DNA of 63,898 nt from Desulfobacula sp. (GTDB taxonomy: Bacteria; Desulfobacterota; Desulfobacteria; Desulfobacterales; Desulfobacteraceae), in the NCBI GenBank assembly GCA_018702715.1, contig JABIYQ010000120.1, positions 1 to 63,898 of the forward strand. Direction: 5' to 3'. A program made the translations under genes and the position numbers. Below are positions 57,820-63,898 of the stretch, piece after piece. The notes under the pieces are model-generated. The model did not search any database and had not been told where the DNA came from. It saw nothing but the letters and a program-made list of their open reading frames with translations. Numbering within the stretch: position 1 is the stretch's first letter; each line of letters begins with the position of its first letter.

Positions 57820-58344
57820 TTAAACAACGAATGCCACAACCGCTGAATATATTAGAAAAAATTGAATCGTTATAGACAACAGCAGGATCAGCAATGCCTG
57901 TTGCCATGTAAACTTGCAGGTGTTTTTAAACCCCGTGTATATCAGCCACCATTTCCATGGTTCGCTAATCCATAGAAAAAAAGGCAGCCACGATATAAGA
58001 AGCGTCAACCCGGATGAAAATGCATACACACTGAAAATAACAGGAAAGGAAATACTTTTTCCTATGATTATGACCATTGCCAAATATCCTAAAACCGATG
58101 AAATAATCATTATCCCTATGGCATTAATAAAAAAAATGAATGCCATAATCCAGACAGGTTTTGAATAGGCCCCGGTTAAAAGGCTGGCAACAGCGAAAAA
58201 AATACTACAGATTGCTATAAACCCAAAGGATCTTTTTAATGTTGTTTCCCCGGCAAGTTCCTTGAAAAATTGTCCGGGTTCAATCAAAAGCTGGATCAGA
58301 GAATAAGAATAAAACTGCCAGGCTTTTAAAAGTGATTCCAACAT
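57820..58344 (-). CDS. Yip1-domain-like membrane protein
   Basis: 'LLIEPGQFFKEL' amphipathic start, about 5 TMs, 'VYAFSSG...WLPF', 'GFK...FTWQQA'. Confidence 0.7.
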   Translation of the reverse strand: MLESLLKAWQFYSYSLIQLLIEPGQFFKELAGETTLKRSFGFIAICSIFFAVASLLTGAYSKPVWIMAFIFFINAIGIMIISSVLGYLAMVIIIGKSISFPVIFSVYAFSSGLTLLISWLPFFLWISEPWKWWLIYTGFKNTCKFTWQQALLILLLSITIQFFLIYSAVVAFVV

Positions 58345-58396
58345 AATCGCACTCCCCTTTGAATATCTCTATCTGAATCAATCATCTGCTCCAATC

Positions 58397-58555
58397 CTAG
58401 ATTGCACCAAGTTTTACAAGTACACCCATCAGCAGCATAATGATGGTCATGAAAAAAAAGAATTTTTTCTCAGTTTTTTTGCTGAAAAATAGTTTCCCGT
58501 TTTCAGGTTTAATTTTTTTTTGGTCAGAATTTTTTATTTCTTGTTGTTTATTCAT
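58397..58555 (-). CDS. 52-aa small protein with a C-terminal TM helix (below ORF-track cutoff)
   Basis: MNKQQEIKNSDQKKIKPENGKLFFSKKTEKKFFFFMTIIMLLMGVLVKLGAI*; fills the gap between DASS2 and the Yip1-like gene. Confidence 0.6.
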   Translation of the reverse strand: MNKQQEIKNSDQKKIKPENGKLFFSKKTEKKFFFFMTIIMLLMGVLVKLGAI

Positions 58556-58577
58556 AACAGTATCCATTTAAGATGGG

Positions 58578-60425
58578 TTAAAATCCCGGCATTGTACCAA
58601 AACCTCTGAATGTCCAATAAATACCCGTCATAAAAAGTAAAACAACATTGGCAACAAAAAATATGGGGATTCCGACCCTTAAATAATCTTTGGGCTCAAG
58701 ATATCCGCTGGCATATACAATTGCATTGGGCGGCGTTCCGATAATCAGGCAGTAGGCAAATGAGGATGCAATGGCTGTTGCCATGGTCATGAAGGGCAAA
58801 TAAATGGTTCCAGGATGAACCATACCGGCCATATTCAGGGCAATGGGTCCAACAGAAGCTGCTGCAGGTCCGTCTGCCATGAGGTTGGTCAGGATGGATG
58901 TCAGTCCGTTACTGACGATCATTAAGGGAAGACCCGCATCCATGCCGAATTGTGCTAAAAAATCGATTACAGATCTTGCCAGCCAGTAGGCAGCACCCGT
59001 CGAATCCAGTGTTCTTCCAAAGATAATGGCACCTGCATAAAGCCAGACAACCCCCCAATCCACTCTTTCCTGGTAATCCCGCCAGTTGACAACCCCGGTT
59101 AAAATATAGGCAATGGCTCCGGCCACTGCAATGACTCCGATGCCCAGTCGGATGGGATAAATGCCCATATTGAAAAAGGCTTTTTCCGTAAACCAGCCAA
59201 ACACCATAATGACAAAGATTATCAAAGCCCATATCTGCTTTCTGTTCCATCCTCCCATTTTATCAATTTCCATCTTTAACTGATCCATGGCAGGTGCCAG
59301 GGAGACGATTTTAGGCCTGAAGCGTAAATTGGTGATAAACCAGGTAATGGGAATCATGACAATTACAAAGGGGAAACAATACGTAACCCACTGGAAATAT
59401 CCGATGTCAACCCCGAACATATCCGTGAGATAGGTCATCATGATCACATTCCTGGCTCCGCCGGAAGGTGCTCCCGGCCCACCGATATTGCAGGCCATGG
59501 CAATACTGATCATTAAAAGTTTTGCAAGCTCCTTGTCTTCGGGTATTTCATTGGTCAGGCTGTTCTGGTATAACAGCATGCCAATGGGAAGAAACATGGC
59601 AGCCAGAGCATGATCTGAGATAAATGCTGCCAAAGGTGCTATGATCAAAAAGAAAATCAGGGTGATCCATTTGGTATTGGGAACGGCCAGTTTTTTGAAT
59701 ATCATCAGACAGACTCTTTTATCCACACCTGTTTTGACAAAGGCTGCAGCAAACATAAGGCTTCCCATGATAAACCAGCAGGCATCACTCCAATAAAGCA
59801 TGGCCACTTCATTTCTAGAAATCACCCCGGTAAAAACAAGGATCAGACCGATGCAAAAGGCAACTGCCGGAAGGGGGATGCACTCTGTTAAAAAGCAGAC
59901 CACAACAAACAGTCCCATGGCAATTGCAACTTTTATCTGCCAGGCACCTTTGTCAGCAGCTTTTTTATCCTTGCCTGTCAGGTCTTCATATTTTAGCCTT
60001 TGTTTTCTAACATTTAGTGCATTTTCCATGACAACCAGAAAATTGTTTTCAGCTACATTGGTTTTTATATATTCATGGGCCTTGTTAAAGTTTTGTTGGT
60101 TGGTCCCCATTTTGTATTTTTTACACCAACTGATATCCCGTTTTAAAAACCGATCTTTTTGCAAGGCCCCTAACCGCATGTTCTGTTCCATCATTTTAGC
60201 GGTGAGAAGTTGCCATTGCTCAGCATCAGAGCTGTTTGTACCAAACAGCTCTCTTGTGATATGGTTCACAACGGCTTTGGGTCCGACCTTAAATTCAGTA
60301 CCGACATCCTTCATCCCGTATGGGGTCGGCATTAGTAGAACTGCAAATAAAAGGACAACGGGAATTATAAAAATTTTCCAGTTTATATATTTATCATATC
60401 CAGTTGCCTGTTTTTCTTTTTTCAT
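58578..60425 (-). CDS. DASS/SLC13-family anion transporter (DASS2) with a large soluble insert
   Basis: 'TECIPLPAVA', 'TGVDKR', 'VDWGVVWLYAGAI', 'SFAYCLIIGTPPNAIVY'. Confidence 0.9.
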   Translation of the reverse strand: MKKEKQATGYDKYINWKIFIIPVVLLFAVLLMPTPYGMKDVGTEFKVGPKAVVNHITRELFGTNSSDAEQWQLLTAKMMEQNMRLGALQKDRFLKRDISWCKKYKMGTNQQNFNKAHEYIKTNVAENNFLVVMENALNVRKQRLKYEDLTGKDKKAADKGAWQIKVAIAMGLFVVVCFLTECIPLPAVAFCIGLILVFTGVISRNEVAMLYWSDACWFIMGSLMFAAAFVKTGVDKRVCLMIFKKLAVPNTKWITLIFFLIIAPLAAFISDHALAAMFLPIGMLLYQNSLTNEIPEDKELAKLLMISIAMACNIGGPGAPSGGARNVIMMTYLTDMFGVDIGYFQWVTYCFPFVIVMIPITWFITNLRFRPKIVSLAPAMDQLKMEIDKMGGWNRKQIWALIIFVIMVFGWFTEKAFFNMGIYPIRLGIGVIAVAGAIAYILTGVVNWRDYQERVDWGVVWLYAGAIIFGRTLDSTGAAYWLARSVIDFLAQFGMDAGLPLMIVSNGLTSILTNLMADGPAAASVGPIALNMAGMVHPGTIYLPFMTMATAIASSFAYCLIIGTPPNAIVYASGYLEPKDYLRVGIPIFFVANVVLLFMTGIYWTFRGFGTMPGF

Positions 60426-60452
60426 TTATCAACCTCCCAATATCAATAAAAT

Positions 60453-60905
60453 CTATTCGTCATCGTCTTTGAGAATTTCGCGGGGGGATCTCATATATTT
60501 TTTGGTTTGAGCAATTCTAATTTTATCTTCAAGCCGTTGCCGTTTTTCAAATGCCTTTTCCGCCTTTTCCATAATTTCATCAATATCAGCAGGTTTCATG
60601 AGATAATCGTTAGCTCCTGATTTTAGACCGTTTATGGCTGAGTCCAAACTGGCATGACCCGTGAGCATAATGACTTCCACCAGGGGATAAAGGGTCTTGA
60701 TTGCCTTTAATGTCTGATTGCCGTCCATTTCGGGCATCTTGACATCGAGAATGACCACGTGAATATTTTGAGGTTTTAATTTTTCAAGAGCTTCCTTACC
60801 GCTTTGGGCCGTTAAGACTTCAAATCCTTTTTTTTCAATCAGTTTTTTGGTTGTTTTAAGATAACGCTCTTCATCATCAACCAGCATAATTCTCATCTTT
60901 TCCAC
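60453..60905 (-). CDS. Single-domain response regulator
   Basis: VDDE, 'ILDVKMPE', LTGHA, 'DYLMKPA'. Confidence 0.93.
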   Translation of the reverse strand: MEKMRIMLVDDEERYLKTTKKLIEKKGFEVLTAQSGKEALEKLKPQNIHVVILDVKMPEMDGNQTLKAIKTLYPLVEVIMLTGHASLDSAINGLKSGANDYLMKPADIDEIMEKAEKAFEKRQRLEDKIRIAQTKKYMRSPREILKDDDE

Positions 60906-60926
60906 AGCTAATCTCCCTAATTTTTG

Positions 60927-62642
60927 TTAATTTACGGCCGGCAGACGGATAACAAAGGTAGTGCCGGCATTAAGTTCACTTATTACTTCCATGGTCCCTC
61001 CAAAATTTTCTATAATTCCGAAACAAACACAAAGCCCGAGTCCGGTTCCTTTGCCCACGGGCTTTGTGGTAAAAAATGGAGAAAATATTTTTTCAAGATT
61101 TTCAGGACGTATACCTGTTCCGTTGTCTGTTATTTTTATCTCAAGGAAATTATCTTCCTTTTTATAGGACTCGATTGTAAGTATTCCTCCCGAGACCCCA
61201 TGCCGGTCTCCAATGGCGTCCATGGCATTATTGAAAAGATTGAGCATCACCTGCTGAAACTGAGATGGATCGCCCATGAATGCAAAAGAATTTTCTGAAA
61301 ACTGTTTTATAATTTTTATGCCGCTGACCCAGGCCTTTTTTTCAATCATATGAACAATCTCGGGTATAACATGACATGGATTCAATACTTGATGTTTTGT
61401 CTCATTTTTTCGTCCAAACTTTAAAATGTCATGGGTGATTTGCGCGCATCGGTTTACCTGAAGTTTTATCTGGTCCAATGAATCCATGATTTCGATCATA
61501 TCTTCATCTTTTTGTGCACCAGATTTGTCGGCTATATCTTCCAGCAGGATTTTTATAAGGGCATGCTCACTTTTAATAATTTGAAGGGGGTTGTTTATTT
61601 CATGGGCGAACCCGGCTGCCATCTCCCCGATTTCCGCCAATTGGGTTGCCCGAATCAACTGGTGGCCCAGACTTTTTTTTTCCTGCCCCAGGTGTTCGAT
61701 TTTTTTTGCAATACGTTCGGTTATATAGATGGCCATGATGACAATGACTGCCCCACCAATGATCATGATGATTAAACTGATATATATCGCTGAATAAAGA
61801 GATTTATAAGCATCCTGTTTTTCCTGTCTGACCACGAGAAGCCAGTCCCCGTTTTTAAGCCAGGCAGTTGCATACAAATACGTGTACTTTAAAGGATTTG
61901 ATTTAATAAAAGTTTGAATACCGTCCCCCAGTGATGGGAAATCAGAATACTCAGAATCTTGATCCATGACTCTAAAACCCCCGGAACGCCGTTTGGTTTG
62001 CGAAATTCCTTTTTTGTTCAGGATGTAGGATTCCCCAGTTCTTCCGATTCTCACTTTTGATACCAGCCTGTCAAAAAACAAGGTGTCAATGGTTGCCCTT
62101 AATGCCCAGGTTTTATCCCCACTGCCCTGTTTTACCGCAATAACAAAGTGGGGTACGTTTCTGTACCCCAGAAAAATATCGCTGATATATGTCCCATTTA
62201 ACATGACTTGCTTAAACCACAATTCGTCTTTATATTTTTTCCCTTTCAGCTGATACTTGCCGGAATACCTTACAAGGACCCCCTTGGAATCAAATAGCCC
62301 CAAATCAATAAATGCACCGGATCGGTTCTTTAGGTTTCCAAATATCGTGTCAATGGAATTTTTTTGATTTATTTTTTCAAAGCCAAAGGTGTTTGTAATG
62401 AGCTCAAGATCAGATTTACGTTCCATCAAAAAGGATTCGATCATATCGCGATGGTCCCCTACTATACGCCTTAAACTGTTTGTAGTATTATATTCAATGG
62501 CCGTGGTGAAAAAATAATAGCTCACACCAATCGCCAGAACAAAAGGGATAAATGGAATGATTATCATATTGGTTAAAATGGATCGTTTAACCGTTTCTCC
62601 TTTTTCTGTATGGTTTATTTTTTTTTTATCCATCATGCGCAT
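60927..62642 (-). CDS. Cache-type sensor histidine kinase
   Basis: Paralog of 25613/29509; 'ISDIFLGYRNVPHFVIAV', 'GFAHEINNPL', 'NNAMDA', 'DNGTGI', 'GTGLGL'. Confidence 0.95.
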   Translation of the reverse strand: MRMMDKKKINHTEKGETVKRSILTNMIIIPFIPFVLAIGVSYYFFTTAIEYNTTNSLRRIVGDHRDMIESFLMERKSDLELITNTFGFEKINQKNSIDTIFGNLKNRSGAFIDLGLFDSKGVLVRYSGKYQLKGKKYKDELWFKQVMLNGTYISDIFLGYRNVPHFVIAVKQGSGDKTWALRATIDTLFFDRLVSKVRIGRTGESYILNKKGISQTKRRSGGFRVMDQDSEYSDFPSLGDGIQTFIKSNPLKYTYLYATAWLKNGDWLLVVRQEKQDAYKSLYSAIYISLIIMIIGGAVIVIMAIYITERIAKKIEHLGQEKKSLGHQLIRATQLAEIGEMAAGFAHEINNPLQIIKSEHALIKILLEDIADKSGAQKDEDMIEIMDSLDQIKLQVNRCAQITHDILKFGRKNETKHQVLNPCHVIPEIVHMIEKKAWVSGIKIIKQFSENSFAFMGDPSQFQQVMLNLFNNAMDAIGDRHGVSGGILTIESYKKEDNFLEIKITDNGTGIRPENLEKIFSPFFTTKPVGKGTGLGLCVCFGIIENFGGTMEVISELNAGTTFVIRLPAVN

Positions 62643-62696
62643 AAGCCCTTAAATTTATGTGAACCATCTATTCCAATGTTTGAAAATCCTTTAAGA

Positions 62697-62711
62697 GCAA
62701 CTATGATGCCG
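62697..62711 (-). promoter_or_regulatory. Sigma54 -24/-12 promoter (operon 62642 to 56801)
   Basis: CGGCATCATAGTTGC; class A motif at 62809-62825. Confidence 0.75.
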
Positions 62712-62894
62712 TCTGAGTTCTAAAAAGCTATAAAATATATAACTTACTGAAATGATAAAATATTTGGTATTTTACAATTTGAAGAAAAAAATTTAATTAT
62801 CAGGTGATTGTCAGCTTTTTTTTCAGATTGCAAAACAATGAAACACAAGGGCGAAGCTGAAAATAATATCGTGTCCCCGGAATTCCAAAAAAGT

Positions 62895-62938
62895 ACTATT
62901 TGGGGAATTTGTTAATATTAACATTTTCCCCAAATAGT
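62895..62938. repeat. Near-perfect 44-bp palindrome (terminator or element end)
   Basis: ACTATTTGGGGAATTTGTTAATATTAACATTTTCCCCAAATAGT. Confidence 0.75.
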
Positions 62939-62994
62939 CGGGTATAGCGAAAATTCAATATCAACCCTTAGTCATTTGCTAATATTAGTGATTT

Positions 62995-63861
62995 TTATAA
63001 AAAGTAGAATGTCTTTGCGATGGGTGAAATTTTCTTCAAACACAAAATGTTGAAAAAATGCAATATTATGCTATGCTTTGGGCTGAAGCAATTATGAACT
63101 GTGCTAATTAACAACAAAATAGCATGTTTTTGACATTGCGAGTAATCATTGAAATACCAGTTATCCCATGCCCGCAATCCCCAGTTCAAAGCCTTAAATC
63201 TTTCCTGGTCTGTTTTTTCTTGATGAATAACAGACCATACCAGAGGCTGTGGAGCACTATATTTTTGAGCAATATCAGGGATAGAAGTTCCGCTTTTAAA
63301 ATCCTGATGAATGTTGTTAAAAAGCCCCTGAGTTTTTTTGGCATATTTTGAAATAGTTTCCCTGTGGATATTTAAACGCTGGGCAATACGAACAAGGGGG
63401 ATGCCAAGACGGGTCATCACTGCGATCTTAATTTGTGTGGGAAATTCGCGTTGAGCCGTGTCTATTTTTTGTTGATTCTTTAGATTTGTTTTTTCTATAT
63501 CTTCTGCAAATGCCTGGATTTCTCTTGCGCTGAATTCATTTAGTGAAGGTGTTGTTAAAAGATGATTGTTCTGATCTTTTAACGGGAGGCAACCTTTTTG
63601 GGTGACATCTTGAAAAACCCTGTCAGATACCTGTTCAAGTCTTGCCAGCGCTTTTGTCTGCACCTTGTTCAGGCTGTGTTTTACAGATGCTTTTTGAACT
63701 TTTGAGGGAATGTCGGTTAATAAAATTAAGTCGTTCATCAAAAAAGACTGCCATTTCAATGGTTTAGGCAGGTTTTTGAAGATTGCCTCTACCTGTTGAA
63801 TAAATTTATTCAACAATGCCTCCGCTTCATTAGAAACCTGTATGGATTCTATAATTGGCAA
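62995..63861 (-). pseudogene. HTH-containing protein, probably a truncated larger (possibly DNA methyltransferase-fused) gene
   Basis: HTH 'GIPLVRIAQRLNIHRETISKY' and second 'SIPDIAQKY'; after 'WGLRAWDNWYFND' the sequence looks non-coding-like. Methyltransferase link is from memory only. Confidence 0.45.
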
Positions 63862-63898
63862 ATAATGCTATGATTTTTTTTAGCATAGGTAAAACAAG

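Noticed and set aside
1-63898. CRISPR arrays, tRNA/rRNA genes, IS transposases, integrases, prophage genes
   Set aside because: No repeat-spacer periodicity, RNA-gene signatures or recombinase motifs were recognised by eye; a covariance-model scan would be needed to exclude small RNAs.

Overview
AT-rich bacterial window whose gene content and protein style point to a Desulfobacteraceae-like sulfate reducer (inference). It has two blocks. (1) 1-14.7 kb is a phosphorus-compound region: a HAD hydrolase, a protein with a PHPT1/Janus-Ocnus-like (phosphohistidine phosphatase) C-terminal domain and an OPA-type MFS transporter, followed by a phosphonate cluster (phnA, a second phnD fused into an operon with a HisKA_3 kinase and NarL-type regulator, phnDCEE and a TIGR03366/HpnZ-like Zn alcohol dehydrogenase). 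The cluster is bracketed by two LysR genes, each sitting beside a decayed relic of the other. (2) 17.9-62.8 kb is a signalling island: 6 intact NtrB-type kinases, one His-less pseudokinase, 5 stand-alone receiver proteins, 2 sigma54 activators, two atypical DASS/SLC13 carriers, a TSUP, an orphan PstS-like protein, USP/CBS proteins, a cstA-arsA-like operon and a full lysine-acetylation toolkit (Pat, AcuA-like, AcuB-like and a GNAT-HDAC fusion). Ten sigma54 -24/-12 elements and a recurring 17-bp enhancer-like motif tie the operons into one apparent regulon. Best candidates for undescribed biology: the TSUP / pseudokinase / GNAT-HDAC operon, the duplicated-PhnD three-component phosphonate sensor, and the bacterial PHPT1-like protein. 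No rRNA, tRNA, CRISPR array or intact transposase was seen. All family assignments are from remembered motifs, not database searches.
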